From Hemiscyllium ocellatum (lineage: Eukaryota), in contig NC_083428.1 of NCBI RefSeq assembly GCF_020745735.1, forward strand, positions 28,582,001-28,646,000: a DNA stretch of 64,000 nt. Direction: 5' to 3'. The notes beneath the pieces were generated by a model. That model did not search any database. It was given only the letters and a program-made list of their open reading frames with translations, and was not told where the DNA came from. How positions within the stretch are numbered: position 1 is the stretch's first letter; each line of letters starts with the position of its first letter. Positions 37,301-50,828 of this stretch are shown in pieces. The translations under genes were made by a program, and so were the position numbers.

Positions 37301-40263
37301 GGGTGCTATTTATTTTGCAGTTTTAGCACTATTCTTTCTGACATAATTGACTGGTTGGATATTTGCTGTAGAGCCACAGATGTTAATCCAGTGTAGTTTA
37401 CAGAGTCAATAGTTTGATTATTTCTATCCAGCATTCAGTGAGCTCTTTATCCTCACACAGACCCCTAAATCTGGTTCATTATACCAGAGCACAACTGGCA
37501 TCTGTATGCTGGTTAGTATGCACATTCTGTTGAAGCGTATTGGTAAAGGCTGAAATACTGATACTGTTACTCTTACAAATAACAAAAAGAGTTCTAAGAT
37601 TGTAATCTGTGTAGTTTCATATCCCTAACAAGGAGAAACATCTATCTAACACCTAATGTGTCAAGTTATAACAAGATTCTGTGCAGTTACTACAATATAT
37701 TTTTCTATTTTATATGAGAAGGACTGTAATGTTTAACTTTTAAATGTCTTTATTTTTCTATTTTGTACTTGAGTACATTGTATCTGATTTTGTGCACTTT
37801 TCACTCCTGTAAGTTACTCCTGAAAATTGGTTCACTTACTGCTGATACAGCAGCAGTTGCTGTGATTATTCTCTCAGCTGTAATAATCAATACAAAGTAC
37901 TGTACATAGATGTTTCTGTGGACTGTTTCTATGGAACAGAAGGCCATTCATCTCATGAATGTTGGGTTCCCATAGCGTGGCCTCGTCAGTCACATTCCCC
38001 TGTTTGAGCCCTGTAGCATTGCAAGTTTATTTCAATTACCCATACTATTTCATTGGTTGTTTCCATGTCTACCATACTCCAGGACGGCAAGTTTCTGGCT
38101 ATTGCCACTACTAGGTTTTTAAAAAATGTTCTTCCTCTCATTCTCCTCTGTTCCCGAGACTTTGTACCAGCTAAGGGGAAGTGTGGTTGTTTTCTTGTCT
38201 TAGCTTATTTACTCAAATTGTGATCTGAATTCCTCTGTATTATCCAAGGAGAACAGTCCCAAGCCTTTGCAACCTAACTTTGTAAACCTCCTCTCCACCC
38301 TCTCAATGGCCTTCCCATCTTTTGTCAAGTGTGGTGACCAGAACTGGACACTAGTACAGTTGTGGCCTAATCAGAGCACTATAAAGATTGAGTGTAACCT
38401 CCTATAGATTTAATGTAGTACTTTCAAAAAGCTGACAGAAACAGGAAGAAGTGTTTGTGGAAACTGTTGGATTTTAAATTTTAGCAGTAAACCCTATGTT
38501 AAATGAGACCATTAAATAATGTTTTTTACTGTTCATCTAATTAAGAAATATGAGGGCCTTAGAACAGGGAAAATGTATTTCCTTCATAAATCATTCAGCA
38601 CTAACATTACAAGGTCCTTTCCAAGCCACTCACTATCCTGACTTGAAAATATATTGCCTTCCCTTCACTGTCTCTGGATCAAAATCCTGGTCTTCCATCT
38701 TTAATGACATTGAGAGTATTAATGTATCATGCCAAATGATTGTGAAAACAGTTAGTTTGGACACTAACAAGATAATGGTACAAGTTGACATGATTCCTGT
38801 TGCATCTTCCTAGAGGGCACAGTGATTAGGGATATTGTGGGTATATCATATTTCAAAAGCTATTCCTGTAAGTTTTATTAAATGTTGTGATCCAATGTAA
38901 CTTACAGCCTTGGTGATTGTGAAGACCTCCCATGTGCTGTCATGGACTGCCAGTATTCTGGATGACAGCAGTCGTAATTCCTCTGCTGTAGATGTGTTAT
39001 TACTGTCCAGTATCTGGTAGACACTGACCTAAAATAGAGTTTACAGCTCAGGCAAGTTGTTACAGCTAATTATATTTTTTAAAATAGAAGAAAACAAATT
39101 AAAATCGCTGCACTGCTCCTGATCATGAATGATTTCCACATTCTTTACATCTGGTTGCAAAAACTGTCTTGTTTCTTATGTGGTGCAGCAGTGCACACTG
39201 AAGTAGTGACATATCGCTTACCTCCTGCCCAAGCCAATTATTCCTACCTGTTTTATGTTGTGCATTCACGCCAATATTCGACCAGTTACGCTGCTGTATG
39301 TGAAACGTGGCAGAATCAGTGTAAACAATCCAGTGATCATATCAAATTCAGATAAAATTTCCTTCTTTAAGTACGCAACTGATGTTTTGGGCAGTCCCTC
39401 ATTCATACATAGAACGCATACTTGACGCTTTGGGTCAGTTTTAACTTTGTGAAAATGGGTGATCAGGAACATAATATCTATTTAACGAACAGAGAATGGT
39501 GTTAAATGGCCGTGTTGTTTCACCCACGGTGGGAGGACTTAAACTGCAGAGAAATGGTTTTGGTTTCTCAATTTTTTCCCCCGACTGTTTACTGAATTAC
39601 ATTCTGACTTTTATGTCCCTTTGAACTTCTTCCCGGCTTGCCTCCTCTGCCTCTCTCTTTCCTAAGGACATTCTGAGTGAAACGGTTCTCTCCCTTATTG
39701 TGAGGTAGTGTCGTTTGAAGAGCCTTGCCCCGCTCTTACCTGACAGAAGTGTTGTTGCCTTTCATACAGGTTATCCTGAAAGAGTCGACCTCTCAATTTG
39801 AAGAGGTGCAGCTGAGCGGTAAGAATGGTTTCGCTCTTAGCCACACTGGACAGGTTGAAAAAGAACTGGAACTGCTGGCTGCGAGCTGGGAAAGAAAAAA
39901 TGTAAAGATGAGCAAAGTGGGGCGGGGGAGTTGTCAGTAACCACGTCTTTACTTAACACAACATGGGTCAGCTAGGCTCTCACTTCTATCCAGGAAGCTG
40001 CGCACCGTGTTTCCCACGAGTAAATCAGGTTGCTTGGTCACTCCGTCCACGTCTGCAACTGCATTGTAAAGGTCCAGCATATACTGAGGGGGCTGGCGGG
40101 CCCTGTGAGGGGACTGTGGGGCGTCCTCCATCCCGAAGACCTCGAGCAGCCTCTTCAGTGCGTGGGATCGGAACTGCTGGCTGTGACCTGGCAAACTGGC
40201 GGCGCAATTCGGCCGCAGGGACATGAGCAGGAGCAACAGCGAGGCTGCGAGTCTACAGCACAT
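34316..40263 (-). CDS. admp: Anti-dorsalizing morphogenetic protein (BMP/TGF-beta family); exons 40263-39984, 39885-39740, 39028-38906, 36695-36500, 34719-34316; 382 aa
   Basis: GCCATG start and hydrophobic signal peptide. Prodomain PPQYMLDLYN...GNTVRSFLD|..FFFNLSSVAKSETILTAQLHLFKL..HFCQ|VSVYQILD..WEVFTITKA|VYAW..KQPMLVLFTD. Furin site RNTR. Mature domain [32 protein letters not shown]...RPTNHATVQSIINALKL...[26 protein letters not shown], characteristic of ADMP. All introns GT-AG, phases 1, 0, 0, 1 (1149 nt). Confidence 0.95.
34881..35040. mobile_element. Tc1/mariner (Tigger-like) MITE in admp intron 4
   Basis: TA|TAGAGGAGCTGTGATTATCC...GGATAATTGAAGTTCCTCTA|TA: imperfect terminal inverted repeats with TA duplication. 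Confidence 0.7.
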
Positions 40264-41654
40264 GGCACACTGTCAACCGAGAGTGGGCAGTGGGACAGCG
40301 GCCACCGAGGGAGCCGCAATATAATGAAAACCCACCCCCTGTGCAGCCCATTAGAGTGGAATATGCAAACGGACAATTAGTGAGTGTGAGGGATCGGCCT
40401 CTCCTGCTAACGAGGTGTGATTCCAAAGCCAGGAAGGACCTTGCTTTTCAAGTGTAATACACATTGACCCTGGCCCCACATGAAGAGCCTCCCTCCCGAT
40501 TGTATTCGCCCAGTCGGGGCCACTTTCTAAACCCTTGCGTGATTAATTTTCGCTAATGAAACCATTAGCTGTACAAACAGAGGGTGCTGACATTTTTGAA
40601 AGGGACAAGGTCAGAGAAATAGCTTTTGCAAACAGGTTAAAGAGTGGAAAGGGAAAATTAAACTCAAGAAAGATTGAATTGGCAAAGTACCCTAGATCAG
40701 GGAGGGAGATGTCAGATGCCTAAGTAGAAACTGTTGGGTTAAGGGCTAAATTGAGACCTGTTCTCATGCTGGTAGTATGTAAATGCTCTGGTGTAAAACG
40801 AATGGACCGTTTCTTCCTCCAAGTGCACAAGCAGCTGATAATCAGGTGGCCCTGCAGAAACACAAAGTATGTTGGATCCTGTGGGACAACATTCTATTGC
40901 ATTTCACACATAACAACAAATGTAATGACATTTGGTCCATCATATATAGAAATAACTTCTGAATGAAGCACGATTTCTTTTGGAAGGAAAAAAAGATAAA
41001 AATCTACATACTCTTCTGCAATAAGGGAGATTGCAGTGTCAATTCATTTAGTCCAAGGAAAATGTCTTCATGCTTCAGATTTGTAATGTTGCCCTTCCAC
41101 CTCCTTTGGTTTTCCATGTGTTTTCATCTGCTCTGGGCTTCCTTACCCAAACACACTGCGATGTTCAAATGGATTGTATTAACATTAGGTGGGAAATGAA
41201 GACCTGAATAATGCCATTCATGGTGTGAAACTCCTTCTACAGCTGAGGAAATACATTAGAAGGCCTTTGGTGGTGTTCTAATGAAAGAAGTGTGTCTGGC
41301 AATATGCGTGCAGCAAAAAAAAGCAACAGATCATCTCTTTTTTAAAATACTGGTTGAAGGATATAAAATAGTCAGATATTGGGAGAATGATGCTGTTTTT
41401 CTTAGGGTAGTGGGGTCTTTTATGTCCACCTGAAAATTAATACAAGGCTGTAGTTTTATATCGAAGGTGGAAAATATAACTGCAGCAATCCCTCAGCACT
41501 GCATTGGAGTGAGACTTAAACCTACAGTATCATGTCTCGGAAGAGAGAGTGCTACTATTAAGTCATAGCTATACCAGATGATAATGCTGCAGTTGTAAAA
41601 ATGAAGCATCTAAGTGACTGTACAGTGGTTGAGGTGATATTGCTTGTTTGGGCT

Positions 41655-42060
41655 AGCTGAAACTTGTTGGTCTTCCAGTGTGATGAGTTGACCATAATTG
41701 AGTGTTGCAGACTGGCATGTTCCAAGTCCCAGGACAATGTGATGAAGAACGCACTAAAGCTTGGGGCAGCTGCTGCCAAAGCACAGTGGAAAAAGACCAC
41801 AGTCTAAGGTCTTCCAGCTAAATTATAATGAGAGGTTGTTTGTTTTTCAGAACCTCTCTGTGTCTCAAAATGAACATAAATAGTTTTCTGCTTTTATAGA
41901 AAATGCTTTTTTTTTGCAACTGTCGAAAAGCTCTGACAACTGTCAAAATTCCAAAGTTTTGTTTCTTTATCTCTGCAAGGATTGTACAGAATTGATTTAG
42001 AATATTTGTATATATTTCTAGATGATTTTCATCAATAAGTATATATTTTCAATAAACAGT
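41655..42060 (+). mobile_element. 3' end of an L1/Tx1-like non-LTR element
   Basis: Plus-frame peptide CRLACSKSQDNVMKNALKLGAAAAKAQWKKTTV* followed by an AT-rich tail ending near AATAAA. It resembles the ORF2 C-terminus of a shark L1/Tx1-type repeat as recalled, not searched. Confidence 0.45.
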
Positions 42061-43370
42061 GGTTGAAGTGATGATTCATTACAGACATGCAGTAACAGTA
42101 CAAAAGCAAAATACTGCGCATGCTAGAAATTGGACTCAAAAACAGTAAATGCTGGAAACAGCAGATCTGTCAGCATTTTGTGACAGTAAATTCCTATTGA
42201 ATAGCTGATCATTTCTCTGGATTAAGACCAAGATTGAACATTATGGCTTCCATTTAATGCTTCTTGGCTTTCTGAAAAAAATTCCCACAACAGTGGTTTT
42301 GTGAGGTGATAGAACTCCAGGGACAGCAAACAAAAATTAAAAGAAGAGAGAACAACAGCTGGATAATTAAGACAAACAAAAACCTGATAACAAACTGAAA
42401 GGTATGATTTTACCTGAAGTATAAAGGGAATAGAGCTTTATGTCAGAAAGAATGCAAATGAATTTGGTTTCTAAAAATCTCCTGATTCTATATCCAATAG
42501 GAAAGAACATCTTTGGAAATCTCTTACAAAAAGTACCTGTATGTGACAAGAGTGAGGATCACTTCCTCAAAGCCATGATAAACCAAGCATCGAAGATCAA
42601 GTTCAATCTGATTTGTCCTTGTATTTCTTATTTACAGATTTGCTCTCTGTGAATTGTATAGGCTTGGAGGTTTGCACAGATCTTATTGCTTACACCATGC
42701 ATGCCCAGCCTTTTTACTTGAGGGGCCACATTTCAATTTCTCCCTCACTTTGGGGGAGGGTGTGTAGTTCAGTGAGCAAATTTCAGAAAGATGAGGTTGC
42801 TCACAACAGTAAACATCATGTGAATCTCAGGAGATCCAAAGCAATAAACTAATAATTTAACTGAATAATTTTAAAAAGTCCATTAGAAAATGCCAAGCCT
42901 CACAGCCAACTAATAAGAGCACTCTTTTGCCCTTGGAATTCAATTGGAGGGTGGGGGGGGGTGTGTGGATTTGGACGTGGGTTGTCTTTCAACTTGAAAT
43001 TTAATTTGCTGCAAGCCTTGTAGATAGGTTTTGCAGATTGGAAGGTGGAAAGAAAAAGTAAAGGACAGATGTATATATGTCTCAATCTTTCTTAATGACC
43101 CACCCATCCCAAAAGATTCCCTAGTGGCTCTTTAGTTGAACGTATTGAGCAGCAAACATCGGAGAGAACTGGCTTCTTATTGGAGTGGCGGCTGCTTGCA
43201 GAATGTTCACGTTACACATACCCATATTTATAAAAAGGCTCAGCATGCCATACATCTGGGCAGGTGGGACCTGTTGAATAAGCCTAGACAAGACTAGGCT
43301 AGTTAATACCTTGAACCTTTTTGCAATCAAATTAAGACCAATCTTCAAATCAATACCATCTTTGGCACAT

Positions 43371-43675
43371 TTAGATTAGATTCCCTACAGTGTGGAAACA
43401 GGCCCTTCAGCCCAACCAGTCCACACCGACCCTTCGAGGAGTAACCCACCCACACCCATTTCCCTCTGATGAATGCACCTAGCAGTATGGGCAATTTAGC
43501 GTGGCCAATTCACCTAACCTGCACATCTTTGGACTGTGGGAGGAAACCGGAGCACCCGGAGGAAACCCATGCAGACACGGGGAGAATGTGCAAACTCCAC
43601 ACAGACAGTCGCCCGAGGCTGGAACCGAACCTGGGACCCTAGTGCTGTGTGGCACTGAGCCACCATGCCGCCCCC
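43371..43675 (-). mobile_element. HE1-like V-SINE
   Basis: Reverse complement of the 4615-4926 copy, including the (TAATC)n tail (ttagattaga) and V-domain. Confidence 0.88.
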
Positions 43676-45069
43676 AAATTTAATGATTTAATTTGATGAT
43701 TTTATGGAATAATCCTGACAATTTCAATTTGAAACATTTTAATTGCCCCAACATCCTAGACTTTTGGGGAAAGGAGTGCCACTTTTCAGCAAACCTGAAA
43801 ATGAAAATATTTGCTCCTGAATGACGAGGCAGCATTTTTAAGATTGTCCTGAATTTCTCTGCCGGGGAAATACCTTATCTGTACCTGCAACAAAAACACC
43901 AGAACTGAAATAACTCTCAATCTTTTAAACTCAAAGTAATACAAATCAATCTTGATGCAATTGTCCTCTTTATTTAAACTGTTAAGCTCCAGTAGCATTT
44001 TGATTGATCAGTGCTGTAACCCCTACCAGGTTAATGCATCCTTGACACCTGTACACTGGAAAACATACTCCTTTGTAAGTTTGCTGTCATGTGAAGTGAT
44101 CATATATACTGCATATTTTCTTATCGTAGATCAAATCTTTTGAAAGAGATGAAGTAAAGCTTCTGGGTTTCCTTTAATTTGTTTGTTAGATGACAAGGAA
44201 TGTTCACTCCTTACCACTTCATTTGGGACATTTGAGGCCAGTAGTGAAAAAAGATGAGAAGTACTAAAATAACAGATTCCCAGCAAAATCAGCATTCAAT
44301 AGAAATTCACCAGGCTAGGCTGAAGAATTTGTTGGGAATCTCAGTAGTAATGGCGGTGAAGCATTACCTTACTGGTAAAAGATCAGAAAAATAAAGTCTT
44401 TATGAGCATAACCCAGGCCCGATTTCTAATCCATCTATTTGCTTCTGGTAAACTCCACACTCCTGGCATAGCTTCATAAAAGGTCGACAACTGTACCTTC
44501 ACTTTAGGGAATCCCTGAGGATTGACAATGACTTGCTTCTGCTCCAATTTGAAAGGCTCTGGAATGGCTGTTTAGACTAATCTGTAGATTCTACCATGGG
44601 TGGGACAGGTGGTGCTTGAAATGTTGGATGGATATTTGGAAATTTGTATACTCCCTTCAGCACCTCAACTTCCCCGAGCACATTCCTGGTGAAATCACTG
44701 GATGTGCTAGCTGCCCTCATGAACTAGCCTTCTCCCTCTTCTTCAGGTACAAGCCAGGGTTTCCTATGGCAAGGATGTTTGACCTTTCAGATTAGCTTTA
44801 ACGACATCCCTCAAATTATGCTATAACTGTAGGTAAAGGTAACTGTCACTCCAAGCAGAGCAATTGCAATCAGGAGTCTGGTGTCAGGGATATGAATGAT
44901 GTGTCCCACTAGCAGAAATTGTTTTTTTAGTGTTTAGCACCTTGATGCTGAGCAAGTTGACCTGCTACTAATCCATACAGAGCCTAGATTTGATCCTTGG
45001 TGAGAAGAACTTTGTATGATGTTTATGTGGTGTAACCAAATTAGTGTGACATTAGTAACTCGCAGTGTT

Positions 45070-45660
45070 GCCTCATAACTTTATTGGTCAGTGCTTTAAG
45101 TATAAGAGTTGGGATGTCACGTTGCAGCTGTACAGTATATTAGTTTGCGACTTTTGGAATTCTGCAGACAAGTCTGGTCTCCCTGCTATAGGAAGGATGT
45201 TGTGAAACTTGAAAGGGTTCAGAAAAGATTTACAAGGATATTGCCAGGGTTGGAGAGTTTGAGCCACAGGAAGAGGCTAAATAGGCTAGGGCATTACAGA
45301 GGTTTATAAAATCATGAGGGGCATGGATTGGGTGAAGAGACAAGGTATTTTCCCCAAGGTGAGGGAGTCCAAAACTAGAGGGCATAGGTTTAAGGTGAGA
45401 GGAGAAAGATTTAAAAGAGACCTAAAGGCAACTTCTTCACGCTGAGGGTGGTGCCAGTATGGAATGAGCTGCCAGAGGAAGTGGTGGAGGCTGGTACAAT
45501 TACAACATTTAAAAGGCATCTGGATGGGTATATGAATAGGAAGGGTTTAGAGAGATATGGGCCAAATGCTAGCAAATTGGACTAGATTTGTTTAGGATAC
45601 CTGGTTGGATGAGTTGAACCAAAGGGTCTGTTTCCATGCTGTACAGCTCTATGACTCTAA
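45070..45660 (+). mobile_element. CR1/HER1 LINE 3' fragment
   Basis: WSPCYRKDVVKLERVQKRFTRILPGLESLS peptide and CR1 tail ending ctctatgactcta. Confidence 0.85.
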
Positions 45661-46216
45661 TTAATATGAATAACACTGACAGCTATGAAATGTCAAATTT
45701 TGCAGATGACATGAAACCTAAATGTAGTAAACACAGAGGAGCAATGTTTCCTCTAAGCTGTATGGACATGCACACTGATCAGTGTAGCAACGCATGGACT
45801 TCTTAAGTTTCAGAGTACTGCCATTCATGGACCTTGGACATCTGTGCAGAAGAAAAATAAGTAGAGGAACATATCTGAGGAGGCTAGTAACAGACTTCAG
45901 GAAAGCAAACATTCTAGCTATATGGGCAAAATAAATTTAACAGATGTGAAAAATGATACATTTTGGTAGGTTGAATGAAGCAATGTATGAACTCAGTGCT
46001 ACAATTTTAAACATTGTTTGGAAAGGTGGTGGAAACAGATTTAATTTTACCATTCAAAATGGAGTTGAAAATGTACCTTTTCAGGGCTGTGGGGACAAAG
46101 CAGGGAAATGGAGCTGATTGAGGAGTTTGTTCAAAGCTCTGGCACATGTTTCATGGGCCAAATGGTCTTATTTGTCCCACATCATTCTGTAATCCTATGA
46201 TAATCGAGAGCAGTGT

Positions 46217-46520
46217 AGAATCCCTGCAATGTGGAAACAGGCCATTTGGAGCAAAATGTCCGTACCAACCCTTCCACCCAGATCAATTTCCTATTACTCA
46301 GACATTTCCTCAGACTAATGACCCTCACCTACACATCCCTGAACACTATGGACAATTTAGCATGGCCACATTACCTTACCTGCACATGTTTGGAAGAAAC
46401 TGGAGCACCCAGAGGAAATCCACACCGACACGGGGAGAATGAACAAACTCCACACAGATAGTCACATGAGGATGGGATCAAACCTGGGTTCCTGGCACTG
46501 TGAGACAGCAGTGCTAACCA
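46217..46520 (-). mobile_element. HE1-like V-SINE (diverged)
   Basis: gcagtgctaaccactgagccacc head and aaactccacacag V-domain in reverse orientation. Confidence 0.8.
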
Positions 46521-46809
46521 CTGAGCCACCATGCTGCCCCAATACATGCCAAATATTTCTTGGAAAAGGAGAACACTGGGCATTTTTCTGGAACAAAACC
46601 TTTAAAGCACTTCTCTTGTCAGCTAATTTATTATGTCAAAGACTAGTCAGCAATTTATTCTTTCCCTTCGTGTCCATATTAAAATAAGAGGAAATTTCAT
46701 CTCTCTGTCAGAGAGTAGTTATATGGAGTAGTTTAACCCTAATTCCTAGTGCCTCCATACCACCTGGTTCAAATTGGTAGTCCTCTACTTTTTGTCATTT
46801 GCATAAATT

Positions 46810-47765
46810 ATTTGGATGCGAGCATAAGAGGTACAGTTAGTAAGTTTGCAGATGACACCAAAATTGGAGGTGTAGTGGACAGCGAAGAGGGTTACCTCAG
46901 ATTACACAGGATCTTGACCAGATAGGCCAATGGACTGAGAAGTGGCAGATGGAGTTTGATTCAGATAAATGCAAGGTGCTGCATTTTGGGAAAGCAAATC
47001 TTAGCAGGACTTCTACACTTAATGGTAATGTTCTAGGGAGTGTTGCTGAACAAAGAGACCTTGGAGTGCAGGTGCATAGCTCCTTGAAAGTGGAGACTCA
47101 GGTAGATAGGATAGTGAAGAAGGCGTTTGGTATGCTTTCCTTTATCGGTCAGAATATGAGTACAGGATTTGGGAGGTCATGTTGTGGCTGTACAGAACAT
47201 TGGTTAGACCACTGTTAGAATATTGTGTGCAATCCTGGTCTCCTTCCTATCGGAAAGATGTTGTGAAACTTGAAAGGGTTCAGAAAAGATTTACAAGGAT
47301 GTTGCCAGGATTGGAGGATCTGAGCAAAAGGGAGAGGTTGAATAGGCCATGGTTGTTTTCTCTGGAGCGCCGGAGGCTGAGGGGTGATATTATAGAGGTT
47401 TACAAAATTATGAGGGGCATGGATAGGGTAAATAGGCAAAGTCTTTTCCTTGGGGTTGGGGAGTGCAGAACTAGAGGGCATAGGTTTACGGTGAGAGGGG
47501 AAAGATATAAAAGTGATCTGAGGAGCAACTTTTTCACACAGAGTGGTACTTGTATGGAATGAGCTGCCAGAGGAAGTGGTGGAGGTTGGTACAATTGCAA
47601 CATTTAGGAGTCATTTGAATGGGTATATGAATAGGAAGGGTATGGAGGGATATGGGCCGGATGCTGGCAGGTAGGACTAGATTGGGTTGGGATATCTGGT
47701 CGGCAAGGATGGGTTGGACCGAAAGGTCTGTTTCCATGCTGTACATCTCTATCACTCTATGACTG
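46810..47765 (+). mobile_element. CR1/HER1 LINE 3' portion
   Basis: KFADDTKIGG, MEFDSDKCKVLHFG and LYRTLVRPLLEYCVQSWSP...KLERVQKRFTRMLPGL, plus the 3' tail. Confidence 0.9.
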
Positions 47766-48719
47766 TATTAGGACATCAGAAATAACAGTAGACATTACAG
47801 TAATGGGTGATCTGAGGTTGAAGTAATGATAGTAATAACAAACAGTATTTATATAATACCTTTCAAGTCTTTATGATGTTCCCAAGTGTTTTATAGCCAA
47901 AGTAATTTTTAAGTTTGCTCTGTGATAATGTAGGAAGATTTTAACTATGCACTAGGTACATCTGTGTCATAAATAGATTCTTTAGAAATAGATTGACAGA
48001 TTAAATACATCTTCTTCCAAGCACTTATGAACCTGGGTTGTATCTGAACTGAGAGTGATTGCTGCTGACAATGGAGGATAAAGTAAGAAATAGTCAATTT
48101 CTTATCAGTGATGTTTCTCAGCTTGAGCAGAGAACCTCATTCCTAGAATATTTTAAATTTGCAAACATTAAATTCAACTGAAAAGCTCCAATCTGAAAGA
48201 CTACACACTGTAGATAATAAATGTTGTAAATCGAGTATGGTTTCACAGTGCTTCAATGAGTTCTATTTATGTGAATTATGTTATCATCTAAGTGTTGCAT
48301 TACAGAATCACCTCAGGACCATTTCATCAAACCACTGTTTGTGAACAGCTTTAAAGGACCATCCTGCTGCGTTCTAGCTGTCAGCATCCAACACTGATTT
48401 CAGCCAGTGGCAGGAGAAAATAAGTGAAGCTTCATTTAATTGTCATTTTTGATTAGTCTTTTTTTATATCCATCAATTAATTTCAGGCATTGAAGGTTTT
48501 GTTAAGCAATTCTTATTTTAATGGTTAAGCATCATTAACCTAAAACTGAATAGTTGAGTTGAGGTATCTCTGTAGTACCTAACTTATCAGAAACTGCAAA
48601 TTGACAAATCCAATAATGAAGTCAATACTGAAAATTCTGGAAATACTCAAGGAATCTGGCAGTATCTGTGGAAAAAGAAACAGAGTTAATGTTTCAGCTC
48701 TAAGGATGGGTAGTAAAAA

Positions 48720-49830
48720 CTGGCCTAACCATGGACTCCTACATCCTTAAATGCATACTACAGAAGACTTTTAGAATACTGCATACAATTCTGATACCCT
48801 TCTACAGGAAGGATGTTGTTAAACTTGAGATGATGCAGAAAAAATTAACAAGAATGTTTCCAGATTGGAGGGTTTGCGTTGTAAAGAGAGACTGAATAGA
48901 CTGGAGTTGTTTTCTCTAGAACACCAGAGGCTGAGAGGGGACCTTATAGGGGTTTATAAAATCATGAGGGTCATGGATAAGATGAATAGCCAAGGTCTTT
49001 TTCCCAGGGCAGAGGAGTCCAAAACTAAAAGGACATGAGGGGTAACTTTTTTTTTGCAATTTATTGTCAGGTGTTTTTTTTCCAAAAAATGAAAAGCTTT
49101 ATAAGTCACCATACCACAGTGCCTAAATTAATGACAGAAGTTATAAGTTATAAGTAAGAAGAAAGAAAGTAAAAGTTTGGGATACACTGGAAAACTGGAC
49201 CAAGAGCACCATGCAGCACTGGGCTGAGACAGGCCCATCACACCGAAGTCTGCTCGAATGCCCGGAAGCTGCTGAAGAAGACCTCCACATGGGACCTCCA
49301 GACTCCAGCTGAAACCGCCCCTCCTGGACCACGACATTATGACATCGCCACACTGGAAGACTGCTCCAGCAGGCACCAGGCCTACACTGCCAATCCGAGC
49401 TGTTGAAAGCCACCTCATTGCTGGGCCTGGGCTAGGGGAAGACACCTTCCTTTGAAGTCATTAAAAGAAGGTAAGGCACCATAATAAATTGGAATTTGCT
49501 GTTTGTAAAGCCTCCTCTCCTGATGTCCTGTAAAAGGAGTTTGTAAACTTCATCCCTGAGAGTTCAGAAGAGACATGCACAAAGTTCTCTCCCCTGGCCC
49601 AGGATGACCAAGCAGAGGGTAGTGTGTGTGAGCTGCCAGAGGAATTAGTAGAGGCGGGTACAATTACAACATTTAAAAAAGGCATCTGGATGGGTGTATG
49701 AGTAGGAAGGGTTTAGAGAGATATGGGCTAAATGCTAGCAATGGGACTAGGTCAGAATTGGATGTCTGGTTAGCATGGACAAGTTAGACCGAAGGGTCTG
49801 TTTCCATGCTGTATGACTTAATGACTCTAA
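48720..49830 (+). mobile_element. CR1 fragment split by an unrelated insert (about 49040-49620)
   Basis: CR1 RT-end DNA at 48720-49030 resumes at about 49630 (gagctgccagagga...tail). The intervening GC-richer segment shares an aagtcacca motif and composition with 29830-30380. Confidence 0.6.
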
Positions 49831-50099
49831 AACAATGGTTGATGATTGTTTGTCAGAATTGGAAAAATAAAGTTTGTCTGTAACGGTGCATTATTTATTG
49901 ACACAATAGAATTTATTTTCCATCTGACACATGTGGTATAAATAATCCTGTCACACACATCACCTTATCAGGCTGTTTGCACCTTGTTTGCCATGGTTTG
50001 CTGCTACTATCCTCATGTTGGGTTGGGATCTACAGGAGCACGTTTGCGCTAGAATGGTAGGGGAAAACCACTTACTAGACTAATGAGAAGATGCTGTTG

Positions 50100-50470
50100 T
50101 CCTAAATAAGAGACATAATTTCTAGCATGTGATAAACTACAAGCCTTAACATAGAATTAACTAGCTTCCCAGTATGTTCACCCCCACCTCATCTCATGTC
50201 CATGCCTCCTTCTTCACCCCGCCCCGTTCTCCTGACCTAACCTGTCCATGTTCCTTCCTACCTATCCCCTCTGACCAATCTCAATCACCCCCTACCTGAA
50301 TCCACATATCACCATCTCATCTACCTTTTACCCAGCTTAAATCCCCTCCCTCTATTTAATTCTCAGCCCCCTTCTCCCCACTCAAGTCCTGATGACGTGT
50401 CCTGCCTGAAACATTGCTCATCTAATGCTGCTTGACCTGCTGTGCTTTTTCCAGGTCCACATTTTATCAA
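50100..50470 (+). mobile_element. PLE 3' tail with degenerate hammerhead motif
   Basis: Pyrimidine-rich tail, then CTGATGA (50389-50395)...GAAACATT...atgctgcttgacctgctgtgc, as in the other PLE copies. Confidence 0.6.
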
Positions 50471-50828
50471 CACTGAAGTTTTAGACATTGTTACAGAGAC
50501 TATGAAGAGGATGTGAATTGTATACCTTACTCATCCTAAGCTGTGCTCCAACCAAGTTTGTATGATTTCATCATCGTGAATCATCTTTGAAGCATTCCAC
50601 TGTAATAACCCTTTCAGAGCATTTACATCTAACACAACAGTAATGTATCATATGAAACAAATGTATAAATATGTTGAAAACAGAGCTATTTCAGCTCAAC
50701 CAGAAGTAGAACAGCCATGGACAAAAATATTGGGTTGTTTGTTTTCTTTCCAAAGATTGACTTGTATGATTGCTCTTAAATGGAATCAACCCAATTTAGT
50801 AGATTCAGCCTAGTCACAGTGGCTACAC

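Noticed and set aside
42964-42971. Isolated FoxH1 site TGTGGATT upstream of admp
   Set aside because: Several such 8-mers are expected by chance in 64 kb, and there is no supporting cluster.
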